DNA of 61,481 bases, the filler included, from Sphacelaria rigidula (lineage: Eukaryota): assembly GCA_964200075.2 (NCBI GenBank). It is 9 parts of 9 records of this genome, joined end to end, with 100 filler letters (N's around TTAATTAATTAA, not from the genome) between each part and the next. Parts side by side here need not be neighbours in the genome. Positions count along the whole stretch, not along the records: positions 20,530 to 27,271 come from CAXNAA020018303.1; positions 27,372 to 34,113 come from CAXNAA020018304.1; positions 34,214 to 40,955 come from CAXNAA020018305.1; 6 more parts are not named here. One strand, written 5' to 3'. The position numbers and the translations under genes are program-made. Positions within the stretch are counted from its first letter, which is position 1. Each line of letters begins with the position of its first letter. Shown here piece by piece: positions 24,152 through 36,356 of the stretch. The notes below the pieces were generated by a model, which was not told the DNA's origin, made no database searches, and saw nothing but the letters and a program-made list of their open reading frames with translations.

Positions 24152-25871
24152 TTGAAAGTGCATAGGCCGCCACAACACTGACTGCACCGTAAGCTGCGGC
24201 ACCGTACGCACCGTACACCACGCCTTTTCACTGCACCTGCAGTACTTTAATCCACTACGGCAACACTACAGGACACTCTAGTGGTGTAGTGCTGTGCAGC
24301 GTGGAGTATAGAGCAGTACAGAGAGCGCAAAACAGAACCCTACAACGTGCATTGCGATGCGATGAACTTCTCTACAGCGATACCGTACAGAGAGTCAGTT
24401 GTACAAAGAGTAGCACAGACAGTACGGTACGCAGCTCCTTCACACAGCAGACCTCGGCCGCATTGGGGTGATTTTTCCACATGCCGCCCATAACGGCGGT
24501 ACAAGACGTCATGATCTTTCACGGGATGGGAATACAGCCAGGTGTAGTACTGCTTGAGCGCTGTAGACTACGAATCGTTCCCGCTGTCTTCTTCCAGCTG
24601 AAGCTGGCAAGAGTGAGGGACTGCACCCAAGGCAACGTGTACCCGTCGAGAATTTGAATTTTCACGCAACACAACCAAGCGAATGTTGATACCATGGCGG
24701 CGTCAGGGAGGTCTTCTGATTGCGATGCCAAGCTTTCCTACTTCGTGAGCGGCCCATTGTGATGAGTATGGCAGTTTTGATGGATGATGAATGTCCCACT
24801 TTGCTTGATAGGATGTATTGACTTTGGACTGGACGTGACCATGGTGGTGAAGGTGCATTCCGCTCTGAACTCTGAAGAGGAACAACGATATTCAGAGTGA
24901 AGTGGTGCAAATGGTACTCTCACTCTGAAAAAAAATCAGAGTGGAATGTGCACCGTAACCGGCTATTTTCCCTTCCACTCTGACTCTAAGATGGGAAAAA
25001 ACGTTTTCCGAAGCTCTCTGTTGTAATGAAATCAAGCTAAGAATTCTGGCGGCGACAAAAAAATGAAGTGTCCAGCCTCAGCGACGACCACTACATGAAG
25101 TCCAATGCAGTAGGCCATTATCGACCCGTGCATTAGATCAGAAACCCAGGCTGAGCGTGATTTTCGGTTTCTCACGAGCGGGCCGCAAGTGTGTACGCTT
25201 TGAAATATAAACAGTAAAATTGAAACGATATTCACGGCTTATCTCAACACAAAAAACATCTAGAACACTACACACGTGGGACAGCTCATTTCCTACCTGA
25301 AGATCACTTGTTATTAGTGTACTGATCTGGATCATCAGCTACCTCATTTGGCCTCTTTTCTATACTTACTCCCTACAGCACTGAACGACAAGCACGCGGA
25401 GTACCGCAAAGGTAGCGCCCTGACTTCTCAGACCCCGCTGTCACGTATGTTGTGTTATTGGACAACGGATCTGAGAGTAGTCCTTGATTATATATTTCAC
25501 GTAGCTGCTCATGAGCTGTCCGACTTATGGAACATCAGAACACTAAGGTCGCCACGCCCCGGTGGTGGGGGATTCCGTTATTAGAAACGCGGGGACGTGA
25601 GTGGCGCCAACGAGAGGGTATTTGACGACAGTCGACGCAGTGAGGGAGTGCTTATTGTCATGATCCAATCTGCGATGCCTGGAAAATGACAATGGGTCAC
25701 ATCATCAACGACTGTGGACATCGTCTATCGCGATGTAGACGCATTAGGTAGCCGATACTGTACGAACTTCACTTCTTGACAATGTAATATGATGTCATTA
25801 AATCGCAAGGCGTGTACCGGGGAATATATAGAGATGCCGTGAGACGCGACGGGGTCGCCCCGAGGAAGGGG

Positions 25872-25936
25872 GCGTACTCATTTGTTGCTTGCCTTAGTCA
25901 TTTGACCATTGACCACGCATCCCTTTCGAGACGGAG
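25872..25936 (-). mobile_element. 65-bp 5'-truncated LINE tail inserted in SINE B
   Basis: 14-bp TSD CCCCGAGGAAGGGG at 25858-25871 and 25937-25950. Confidence 0.85.
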
Positions 25937-26034
25937 CCCCGAGGAAGGGGAGGGGTTGAACATGTGACCAAAAAATAGAGACTAGTTTGTTAAGGTGATT
26001 CGAGATACCTCCACGCCTAAGGGCCCTGGGTCAC

Positions 26035-26123
26035 CTGAGCAACCACGAGTAGGTGAGCAGGAACAGAGTGGCCACGTGGTGAATAAACATCTGCCAGAAG
26101 TCCGATCGTCGCGTGTCCCAGAA
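26035..26123 (-). CDS. LAG1: Ceramide synthase, preceding exon (RxDF...HH motif)
   Basis: FWDTRRSDFWQMFIHHVATLFLLTYSWLL with AAG acceptor and GTGACC donor. It ends in phase 2 (AG|T = Ser), matching exon 21174-21282. Confidence 0.93.
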
Positions 26124-26350
26124 CTTGGAAGAGGCGGGCGGTGTCGGTAGCATCATCAAAATCGGAATAATTGAATAAAACAACGGGGGGGGGGATCGCG
26201 AGCACGGTTCGACAGCTGTTGGAGTGGTGGAGAACACAAATCACGAAATTACAAAACCAAAGCAGCGCCAAAATGAGGTGTTGAAAAAGCGAACTAGGAT
26301 CTTCATCCAAATCACGCTACAGTTTGCCCCCCCCCCCCCCCCCCCCCCCC

Positions 26351-26389
<39 letters not shown>

Positions 26390-27371
26390 CCCCCTCGCCN
26401 NNNNNNNNNAAGGAGGGGTTGAAAAAGCGAACCAGGATCTTCACCCAAACCCCCCTACAGTTTCCCCCCCCCCCCCCCCCCTCACACACACACGCCCCCC
26501 CGCGCGTCTACTGCGATTTCGGGCGGGAGACTTGGACCTGTCACAAAGTACAAGGAGGTATACCAGTAGTCGGGCGAAGGAGGAAGTAGATGCACAAAAC
26601 TACCCGTGTGGCAAAGCAATAGAGAGTAGAGCGCATATCGTGGGAGGATGTGAACTATAAAAGGAGGAACGGGACGTGTTAGAGGGGGAAATGAGGGAGC
26701 AGTATGAACAAGAAAGAGACATAATATCATTTGGTACATAAGCTATCAACAAAACGATTGGTATACTGTACTAGGAAATCGATGGTGGTCACAGGCGGCA
26801 AAACAGGAAGGGGATACAATACGTAAACACGTTTTGGGCAATGTATGGAAGAAGCATATGGGCCCCTAAATGTTGCAGGTGTCCCAATCATCAGGAGTCG
26901 GAACGGTGCTCCGGCTCGAAAGGGATGCGTGGTCTATGGTCGAATGTTCCCCGGAATACCGCACTACTGTGGGACCTCCGTGCCTTGGTGGTCCAAGTGG
27001 TTCTTACTAAAAAGGGCAATGGCCTAGAAAAGGTATACCTTCTTGTTTTTTGCCTAAGAAAGGTACGAAAGATGGCCAGACACGCGAAAACAGCCAAACA
27101 CGCCATTTTGACCGTCTTCGCTCCGGATTTTTCACGCACACCGTTCGGGGGGGGCATTGGCACCCGGGACTAGAAAAAAAACGGATAAAAAACATGTTAC
27201 TCGAGAGATATGGCCACGCAAAAACGAACATTTCGCCTCCAGATACCGCTTACCTTTTGTAGGCCACATTTNNNNNNNNNNNNNNNNNNNNNNNNNNNNN
27301 NNNNNNNNNNNNNNNTTAATTAATTAANNNNNNNNNNNNNNNNNNNNNNNNNNNNNNNNNNNNNNNNNNNN

Positions 27372-27570
27372 ACGGGGATAAGATATGTACAAGGTTTGTG
27401 TGCAATGTATGGAAGAAAGGTAAGTAGCTTTTGAAGAAACGTAATGAGCGCCAAAATGTTGGAAGTGTCTATTAGGAGTAGGAACGGTACTCCGTCTCGA
27501 AAGGGATGCGTGGTCAATGGTCAAACGACTTAGGCAAGCAACAAATGAGTACGCCCCTCCCCCCCCCCAA
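27372..27570 (+). mobile_element. LINE 3' fragment (C-tailed family)
   Basis: Degenerate ORF end ...KKRNERxNV...SIRSRNGTPSRKGCVVNGQTT*ASNK*, then GTACGCC and a C-run. Confidence 0.72.
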
Positions 27571-29234
27571 TCGTAGCATGGCTCGGGGGAAACACTACTT
27601 TATAGCATCGAGCGACTTCATAGCATGGAGTGAGCAAAGCAAACGAGACCACATCCCACCGAAACACCCACGAAAAATGCCGCAAACCCCAAACTAGAGG
27701 AGAGCATATCTCGGGACGAAAGTGCAGCACACCTGACAACGTACGGCCGGACGCGAAGCGATTAATTACGGCCGATGCTGCTTGCCCTTGCAAGCACAAC
27801 GTACGCGAAAACATCGAAAGATATACAAGTATCCGAAAACCAAATGAAATAAGGCGGGAGAAAAAACGACAAGACAGGAAGTCGCGTCAAGAGCGAACAA
27901 TATGCAAGTAAATACCATACCGCGACAATTTGACAAATACACACATACAATACCGCGGCGCCGCGGTGATCAAGGTAATGAGTAGTCCATTGATATTGGT
28001 AGGTTTTGTCGTCGATATCATGAGTTATCATCGGAACGGGTTGATCGTGTTTTCATTTTCCTTTCCTTTCCTTTTCATTCCTTTCCTCTTCCCTTCCTAT
28101 TCCTGGTTTCATTTCTTGTATAGGATTTCTGTTTTTTTTTCTTCTTGTCGTTTGTGTTCAGTTTAACGAGCTCCATTCGTTCTTCTATCTCTCATTTTTC
28201 CTTCGTCTTCTCCCTTCTTCGAGTTTACTTTATTTAGCACGTGTAACATGTTTCCAGTATGCTTTATTTCCTCGGGTACATACGTCCATCTCGTGATTGA
28301 GTACAGCTCAATCTCTCAGGGGTCACTCACGTACGTCAGTTAACCAACCCATCCACCAACCATATCAATCCAACCGGTGCGTTCCAATCCTGAAGAGCAG
28401 TGGCGTTTAGAACTGGTTTAAATCGTGGTAACCGTCAGAATGGGAGTCAACACACACACACGCACGCAAAAAAAACTGACGAAAGTGAACAGGGTGCGGT
28501 AGTGTTAATGGTCATGATCCAATGCACGAGAAAAACTGATAAGCCAGGTATCGGAGGAGCGATGAGTCGGCGTCTTCAGACGACGGATTCGTCCGGAGGA
28601 AGGGAATTGGGGGGAGGGGGGGTAGCAAGTTCGACGAATAAAAAGCAAATACACGCACTCACAGAAACAGAGAGAAAGGGAGAGAGAGAGAGAGAGACCG
28701 TCCTGATAAGAAACGGTCATCGTTCAAAGGGTGGGGAGCAAAAAAGAAGCGGAAAAACGAAACAAAACAAAACAAAAATAACAAAAGCGACAACAAATAC
28801 CGATGTAAAACAACACTGCCCAACAAAAACAAACAAGTCCAAAAACCAGTGGAGGAGCCACGCCATGGTGGGGGTTAGACATTCGGGCATCCCCACATGT
28901 TTCTCGTTGACGGGCTCCTAAAGTGAGAGGCTATACAAGAATATGGGTCATAAAAGCCGCGCTTCCAAATTAAACTCGAGATACCCCTCGCTCATCAGAG
29001 TGCTAATAATCGTGGGGGTGCTCTGATGTATTTCATGAGTCGTGTTTTGGATGAGATGATTGGTGGGCTTCTAACACTTCAAATCTGAGGAATATTTTCA
29101 TGCACCCCTCCCTTGGAATGACTCTCAGTAATGTATCAAAAAGCACCATGACATATGACGAGGCAAAAAGACGAAGGAATATACGAAGAAACCAAAGAAA
29201 GAGGGGGAGACAAACGATGCACCAGCTACCTTAC

Positions 29235-29370
29235 CGCAGCTATAGCACCCCCCGCCGCGAGCGCTGCGACGTCGTATCCGAACTTTGCGATGTCCGTCTC
29301 GTCTCCAACATTTCCGCCGTTGGCCTCGCTCAGCGCCTTCACCTTCCGTACGTACTCCGGGCTATGGAAA
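29235..29370 (-). CDS. Class II histone deacetylase-family amidohydrolase (bacterial HDAH-like), internal exon
   Basis: (Y)FHSPEYVRKVKALSEANGGNVGDETDIAKFGYDVAALAAGGAIAA. AAG acceptor and GTAAGG donor. Phase matches exon 33869-33993. Confidence 0.9.
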
Positions 29371-30534
29371 CTTCCGAGTAATTTTCGGAGCAGGTGAGGA
29401 CACACCGGAGACGAAAAGGATAAGGTACACATGTGAGGAAGGCGTATCGCCAGGGTAGACAGCGACCTACGGGGGAGACTGTCGTTGGAGATGTCGTCTT
29501 GATGCAGAAGGAACTTCGAGGCTGGCGATGATTTCCTCATGTGATATGTAGGCAGGAAGTGGGTCAGACATGAGCGGTGGGTTGATCCGTAACGTCGGGG
29601 GGTGTTGGCCCGTCCTGATATCGGGCTCTTCCTAGCATCACGCCGAGTAGTCTGGTATCGTTGGCCTTACAGGGTCCCGGTAATCTGGCCCTCTCGGACC
29701 GTTCCTACCTCGTACCTGCATGCGCTGGTTCTTCATACATGTGTGGCATCAATCTCTGATGTGTCTCTGCAAAGAGGTGTCTTTCATTCACAGCGCGATA
29801 TAGATCTACAGCATGGTAGCCCAGTATCACGCTATCACCCTGTAAGATCATTCCCATTTGTACATGTTGACACCGATGGCTGTCCTGTTCAAGTATACAT
29901 ACATGCAACGGTTTTTTGGCGACTTAGGCCGCCATGCTCAACACATTGAGTTTCAATATACATGGGAACTGGCGATACGATGTGACGAAAATCTCGTTAC
30001 AGATACCGAAAAACAAAAAACTGTGCTAGCTGGCCTTCCTCCTGTGTGACACGGGCTGATGTACCCATACACACCGGAAGGTGTAGACTGGCGCCCAGAA
30101 AATAGATGGGATGACAGCACACACACACTACAATGCGTGCACGACTCCGACGTTAGGTTTAGTTTAAAATGATGATAAAACTGCACATAAAGCACCCGTC
30201 AACATCCCTCGAACATCGTCAACGAGAACACCTGACACAAATAAAAGGACCCAACTACACAGAATGGAAAAATTTCCATGTACCCGGGGGTTCATCAACT
30301 AACGCATCCAGTGTAGTCACCGGATTCTTCCGCGCGTGAAGGAGAGAGGAGAAAGACCAAAAAAGGGTGCACCGTGGCCAACCTCGAACCCCAGATGTGC
30401 ATAAGCATCAGAGAAGCATTTTACCAGTCTGCCAGTTTCCAGCACATTCGGCTACACAAGGGATAAATGACTGCATCTCTTAATGCTCTTCTTTAGGCGG
30501 TGAACTGAGGCACTCAACCCCCCTACAATCTATT

Positions 30535-30561
30535 CCTAACCCTAACCCTAACCCTAACCCC
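30535..30561. repeat. Short interstitial (CCCTAA)n tract
   Basis: CCTAACCCTAACCCTAACCCTAACCCC, internal to an intron. Confidence 0.8.
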
Positions 30562-30597
30562 TACACCAGAGCTCGGGTAGTGCGCTTGGTAAGGATA

Positions 30598-30874
30598 CAC
30601 GGTTCGGACGAATCATCGCCGGTTCGAATCACCAAACGCACGATTTTTCAGGCCTGATTGCTCGGACGAGAGAGAAAAGTTGACCGCTGGTCAAAAAGGT
30701 CTCCACGCAATGTTCGCGCCATTCCGCGTGCCTGGGTTGCACGTACCTTGGTTGCACGTACCTGGGTTGCAGCGCTGACAACAAAGCCGAAGGATTGATT
30801 CATACGGTACAAATCAATTACACTAAAATCAAGTCAATTCCAGACGAATGAATCGGTGATTCGTCCGACCCCTG
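30598..30874. mobile_element. hAT-type MITE
   Basis: TIR CA(C/G)GG(T/G)TCGGACGAATCA. 8-bp flanks TAAGGATA/TAAGGTTA (7/8 match). Partial copies at 13687-13757 and 61413-61481. Confidence 0.8.
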
Positions 30875-31449
30875 TAAGGTTATTGGTTGGTGTAGCTTGG
30901 ATAGGTGCTAGGTTGGTGTGGGTGGTTAAAGCCACGCCGCCACGGGACTCTTGCCAGGTCTGGGTGCATCCCGTATATGCATCACCCCCGAGTGCATCGA
31001 ACTGTTTAGCCCTCGATCGCTTCTGAAGAACGATGTCGTTTTCAGCCAGAAGAGGAACATAGTTGATTTGGGTACCTTCAATTTTAATCCGTTGTTTTGG
31101 ACTGTCGGTAACGTAACCGCCCCCCCGCGCGCCCTCCCTTTACAAGGGGTCAGGTACGAGAATACGGAACGGAACCATGGTTATGATCCAAATCGCGGTC
31201 TCGTGGGGGAAGGGTTGGTGAAGTCATTCCCCAGTACAGTCTGTGAAAGAAAAAAAGACGTGTGCGTGCGTGTATACGTTCGTGCGTGCAGAGATATCAA
31301 GACCGTTGCATTCTGAGCTACTGAACCATCTCATAATTGTGTTGTAGACGATGATCACTACCGCAGCCCGTCGAACTCCCTCGACAAGCTTAGCAGACTC
31401 TCGCTTCAATGTCTTCAGCGGACAGAATCCGGAAAAATGAAACCCTTTG

Positions 31450-31699
31450 GACACTTTCTACGATAGCCCCAGTCAAAAAGGTGCCTGGTTTGAAGAGGCG
31501 AAATCTTCACGCGAAACGAAATGGAAAAAGCCGAGCACAACAAGCAGATGAGAATCCCTACGCTTAGGTTCGTTCCCGCCAATGTCGCCTATACGAGGCG
31601 CTTCATGCAACCTGAGCCCAAACATCAGGCGCTGTATGTCCATTTGTTTCGTGACGCTTTTGGACTGGTTTCGGGAGAGGAGCTATCGTAGAAAGTGTC
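31450..31699. mobile_element. MITE with GAC...GTC termini (4-bp TSD family), copy 1
   Basis: TIR GACACTTTCTACGATAGC. Flanks TTTG/TTTC. Homologous to 39584-39834. Confidence 0.82.
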
Positions 31700-32125
31700 T
31701 TTCCTACTGTCGACCTTCGAACTCGAAGAGTTAGCCCAGAGAAGCGGTGGTGGTGTACAGTACAGGTGATGTGGGGTACAACTGACCACGGCTGAATCTC
31801 TGGGGGGTCAGTTAAAGTGTGACAATCAATAAAAAAAAAACAATCAAATCAATAAAAAACTGACACCATTAGGGCGGGGAAAAGCCGGTTCGATTCTCGC
31901 TAGAAACGTCGACTTTGCAGCCTTTTTTTTTCATCACACGTACAGGATTCCCCGTGATTAACGGCGTAAGGACATGAGCAGCAGAAAAAATCATCTTTGG
32001 TTTCGTTTGTTAGACGACAGTCGACGCGCTGCGGGAGTGTTAATAGTCATGATCCAATCCGCGACGCCAAGATGTTAGTCATGTACCACGGAAGAGACGG
32101 ATTGATCCCCCGAGAACACGGAGTA

Positions 32126-32490
32126 GCTGGTCGCCCCGGTGGCTCAGCTGGTAACCTCGAAACCTTCTGACGGTTGGGTCGTGGGTGGGAATCTTGGTGC
32201 AGTCACACGATGATCTAGGATTTTTTGTCGCACAGTGCCCAACAGTGGAGAGCGACCATGTCGTCGTGGGTACACAAAAAATCGACTTCACGATCGACGA
32301 GGGAAAGGGACCGCTGAACCTCTCTCGCGATGAAAAATAAAAGTCAAGCACAGCAGAAGGAATGTGGAGAACTGAAACGAATAAAGAAGAAAATGATCTT
32401 GTGTTAGCCTCCTGTGTGACCCCGGCTGGTGCGCCCACATATACATACCGAAAGGTGTAGACCGGCGTTCAGAATAGATGGGATGATAGC
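32126..32490 (+). mobile_element. tRNA-derived SINE family A, nested in SINE B
   Basis: A-box TGGCTCAGCTGG and full body. SINE B sequence resumes after it. Confidence 0.8.
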
Positions 32491-32669
32491 ACCACGGACT
32501 CGTTCCGGGAAAGGGGAAGGATTAAAATCGACACAAAACAAACAAAGGTACCGATTTGGCCAGTGAAGCACGTCGGTTGTAATTTTTGAGGCACAAATTG
32601 CGTGCAGACTACGTATAGATGTGTACACATATATTCGTCATACTCCCCCCCCCTCCGCTCCCTCCCCCC

Positions 32670-32885
32670 CGCGATAGATGGTGGCCACAGACGGCGAAAC
32701 AGGACCGGGATAAGATACGTAAAAGTTTTTTGTGTAGTGTAAAGAAGAAACGGAATGAGCGCCTAAATGTTGCAGGTGTTTCTATTAGGAGTAGGAACGG
32801 TGCTCCGTCTCGAAAGGATGCGTGGTCAATGGTCAAACGACCAAGACAAGCACCAAAAAAAGTACGTCACCCCCTCCCCCCCCCC
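32670..32885 (+). mobile_element. LINE 3' fragment (C-tailed family) flanked by C-rich tracts
   Basis: DRWWPQTAKQDRDKIRKSFLCSVKKKRNERLNVAGVSIRSRNGAPSRK. C-runs on both sides. Confidence 0.75.
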
Positions 32886-33065
32886 TCTCTCCTCCCCGCC
32901 TCGCCCGCCCCCGTTCCTCGGGACGAGTCCGTAGTCTCAAGGAAGATATCGAGTCATCACTCTCCCGGTACACGCTGTACATGTTTGCTATCGCGGATTG
33001 TATCAGCGCCCCCGCAAACCACGTTGACTTCCGTAAACGCAAACTATTTTTGTCGTAGTACTCCA

Positions 33066-33208
33066 CACTCTGGGCAATAGTATACATTGTGAAAAATATG
33101 TGCTGCATACAGCGTGGAATGTATTGTCTATTGCAACAGACGTAATAGTTGATACTGTACGCGGTACACTTTTTGACAATGTAACACATTGTCATTATCC
33201 AGGGGGTG
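33066..33208. mobile_element. Small EnSpm/CMC-like MITE
   Basis: Ends CACTCTGGGCAAT...ATTATCCAGGGGGTG, flanked by CA on both sides. Confidence 0.65.
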
Positions 33209-33267
33209 CAGCAAAAAAAAAACAGCTGCTTCTAGCGGGACTCGAACCCTCAATCTTACCGCCGTAG

Positions 33268-33650
33268 ATCGGTCGCCTCGGTGGCTCAGTTGGTAACCTC
33301 GAAAGCTTCTGACGGTTGGAACGCGGGTTCAAATCTCGGTAATGTCATACGATCTGGGACTACTTCTCACATCATGCTCAACAATGGGGAGCGACTATGT
33401 CGTGAGAACACAAAAATCGACCTTACGATCGAAGAGGGGAAAGGGACTACTGAACCCTTCCTCGTTTTAAAAAAATGAGGCAAGCGCCGCAGAAGGAACG
33501 TGGAGCGCTACAGTGAAATAAAAATGATAGAACTCCAGTGATGACCTTCCTCCTGTGTGAACCGGCTGATACGCCCATATATATATATATATTATATGAA
33601 GTATCGAAAGGTGTAGACTGGCGTCCAGAATAGACGGGGTGACAGCACAC
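33268..33650 (+). mobile_element. tRNA-derived SINE family A
   Basis: A-box TGGCTCAGTTGG and B-box GGTTCAAATC. Body as in 406-1270 without the MITE. Confidence 0.8.
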
Positions 33651-33868
33651 GAAACAGGTCTCAGCTGTACCTGTCAGTAAGACCGCCGGGACTCGTACTA
33701 GTTTTTGCAAATGTAAGGTATGTCGTCAAGCCATCGCAATTTTTTGCCGAGCTGGGTGTAGACCTGCCTCGTATCTGTGGGCGTACTGTGTACATTTTTA
33801 TTTTTCAAACAAACAAGAGTTGACGAGACTGTCGTGGGGCGAGCGGGGAGGGAGCTACGGAAACTCAC

Positions 33869-33993
33869 TAGCAGAGCTCTTCCTCCGTGGCCTGTCTCGG
33901 CTGCACGATGTCGAGCTGCTCCAGCATCCCGCTGGCGGAGATGAGGTTGTGTAACCTACGCTTCGTTTCCGGGTGTTCCCAGTGCCGGCAAGG
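33869..33993 (-). CDS. Class II histone deacetylase-family amidohydrolase (HDAH-like), upstream exon
   Basis: PCRHWEHPETKRRLHNLISASGMLEQLDIVQPRQATEEELC. CAG acceptor and GTGAGT donor. 125 bp, ending in phase 2 (TA|T = Tyr). Confidence 0.9.
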
Positions 33994-36221
33994 CTGCATC
34001 CACGGATCAAACGTCTTGAAAAAAAAAGGGGGGGGAAGGGGGGGGCGGATTAGTTGAATGAAGTATCTGTCGGTGCTGAATTGTAGGCGCACGAAATGAT
34101 TCGAACAAGAAGCNNNNNNNNNNNNNNNNNNNNNNNNNNNNNNNNNNNNNNNNNNNNTTAATTAATTAANNNNNNNNNNNNNNNNNNNNNNNNNNNNNNN
34201 NNNNNNNNNNNNNGTCTAGGTTTTGGTGGCTTGTTTTACAGCGCCGTTGCCACTCGACGCCAACCCAAGAGTCTAGAGGTGAGGGGGAGGTGGGCGGAAG
34301 GGGGGGGGTTGAGTCGATTTGTTGCGCGAAGGTTCCACTTTTAACACGTCGCTACAAGCAGAAATATCCCTATACTGCTCTCGTTATCAATATCAAGTTT
34401 TTTCAAACCTGTCGACAGCGTTTTCACCCATGTTGAACTCCATTGCTCGTGTGTGAGGTTGTGAAATACACTCGCGACACCAGTTTTTAGTGCAATCCCC
34501 TCCCCCCCCCCGTGCCCCCTATCGTAAAATCAGACCAAACTAACCATCTCCAACACACAGCGAGGAAAGCCAAGGTCCAGCCCCCCTCAAGCCGAATTCG
34601 AGAGCATCGCTACGACCCGTGGGAATAGAAAAACCAAGTCGACATCGAGAAATGACCATGAGATTCAGCTATATTCGTGCGCGTGGGGGGCGTGCATGCC
34701 AGACGGTAGAACCAACATAACTCGTCTCATCGCCGACGCCAGTATATAGTGGCTGAATATTCCATTGCACCTTTTTTTAATATAATTACTCACGGGAGGT
34801 GATACATCGGTCCGACCATAACCTCTGGACTCACGCGATTCATAGCTTGTGTTCTCTCGTTCGATGCCTTCCCTCGTGTAATACCAAGCTGGCATCAATC
34901 CGCCAGATGGGAAGGTACTCTCGAGTGAGCAGGGGGGGGGGCGGGCATGGGATGCAGTTGGAGGGGTATCCATCATGAACGACAACGAGGCGTTACTCAC
35001 TCGGGGTTGGGGGCTACAGGTCTGATGGGTATTGAACACAGCCATATACCCGTCGTTTTGGAGGCAGGAAACCAGTACAACCTGTGAGCCTTGTAATATC
35101 TTGCATAACATATCGGCCCACTTTCTGGAGGAGCTCACCAAGTCACGGAGTATGACGTAGATGGCGGTCGCCATGCTGCCATCGCGGGCGACCGGTGCCA
35201 ATTGTTTTTGCAGTTTGTACCGTCATTGGTTCTTTCGGATAATCCAATCGGGACCCACGTAATATGTGAAGACTCGTCAAGCGTCACCCGTATAGTAGCG
35301 GTATGACAGCCATGGTCTACGCCATGTCATGACAATTGGTACGCTGCTTCAGTAAGGATGCCGGTACATAATGCCAGAGAGGTGACTCCAACCAGTGCAT
35401 GCGTCCGGAGTGGTGGGCCATGAGAATGTGGGCTATGCCACAGCGGCATGAAAATGCCAAAAATATCGTCATGTGGGCCGGTCAGACTCACGCGAGAGAA
35501 TTCAACCGACACAACACCAACACTCTAACAAGGTGTGGCCCAACAATGAAGAGAGGGCAGCAATGATGAAGGGCGTTCTGGCTGCTGCCACAAGCACATG
35601 GCGAACACAGTAACGGTGTCTCGCCAGGCTTGATGGGGAAAAGTGTCGTACAAACACAGCTCACAAACCGAAATGCAGCTCAATCAACGTGAATCTGTTG
35701 GCCCGAGAGCTACTGCGGGCAGGCTAGAGAAAAAACAAAATAGGGTATGCAGTGCATACACTACAAGCACGTGCGAATTTCACCGTGTATTATTGATCGC
35801 GAGGAATAACGACACGTCTCTTGCGTAAGATGCATGTCCAAAAGCGTGTGCGCCCGACTAGCATCTTGAAACCATCCGAGGTATAGTGAATGACGTTGCA
35901 GCGGAGAGAGTACCTTTGTCTTCGCAAGACGTATCTTCGTTTTGTCGTGTTCTCTGTACTTCTTTCTGTACTTAGCTTTTGTTGCCTTTTCTTTTTTTCA
36001 CGTCTTAGTCTACTATGTCGTTTCTTTCGATTTTTTTTTCCCTCCTTTTTTCTGTTCCTTCTTTTTCTTCAGCGAGTGTTTCACTTTTTTTCTTCTTAGG
36101 TGCGTTTATCATGTGACCACGGCTTGACCCCTGGCGGGTCAGTTAAAGCGCGACAATCAATGAATCAATCGATCAATCTGTTGGCGTTCGTGCTCACCGA
36201 AAACAAAAATTACGTTGACAG

Positions 36222-36356
36222 GGAAACAACAGAAGACACAGCTTCGACATATTTCTCATCGACGCCAACAACCAGCCGAGCCTTGTGTACGTCGGCCGTA
36301 GTGGAGGACTGACGCGCAACATGGAAACGTTCTCTCTGGGCGACAGGGCCGGGGAG
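36222..36356 (+). CDS. CBM32/F5-8 type C domain exon of a CBM32-thaumatin fusion
   Basis: GNNRRHSFDIFLIDANNQPSLVYVGRSGGLTRNMETFSLGDRAGE resembles the GxxRxxxFDI...SSGxTxxLETF segment of CBM32. CAG acceptor and GTCGGT donor. 135 bp, phase 0-0. Confidence 0.72.

Noticed and set aside
26224..26589. Poly-Pro/poly-Gly ORFs and an apparent ~65-bp duplication around a 10-N gap
   Set aside because: A poly-C tract with an internal gap. The second copy differs mostly by changes to C/G, typical of read errors after homopolymers. It lies in the non-coding part of the ceramide synthase locus.
26520..26660. Further upstream ceramide synthase exon
   Set aside because: Hydrophobic translation, but no clear YYxxELxFY-type motif or compatible splice sites.
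30535..30561. Chromosome end
   Set aside because: Only about four units, internal to an intron.
33268..33345. tRNA gene (also ~406-480, 10840-10905, 19895-19975, 32126-32200)
   Set aside because: A/B boxes are present but there is no complete cloverleaf. Most continue into a shared SINE body or tail.
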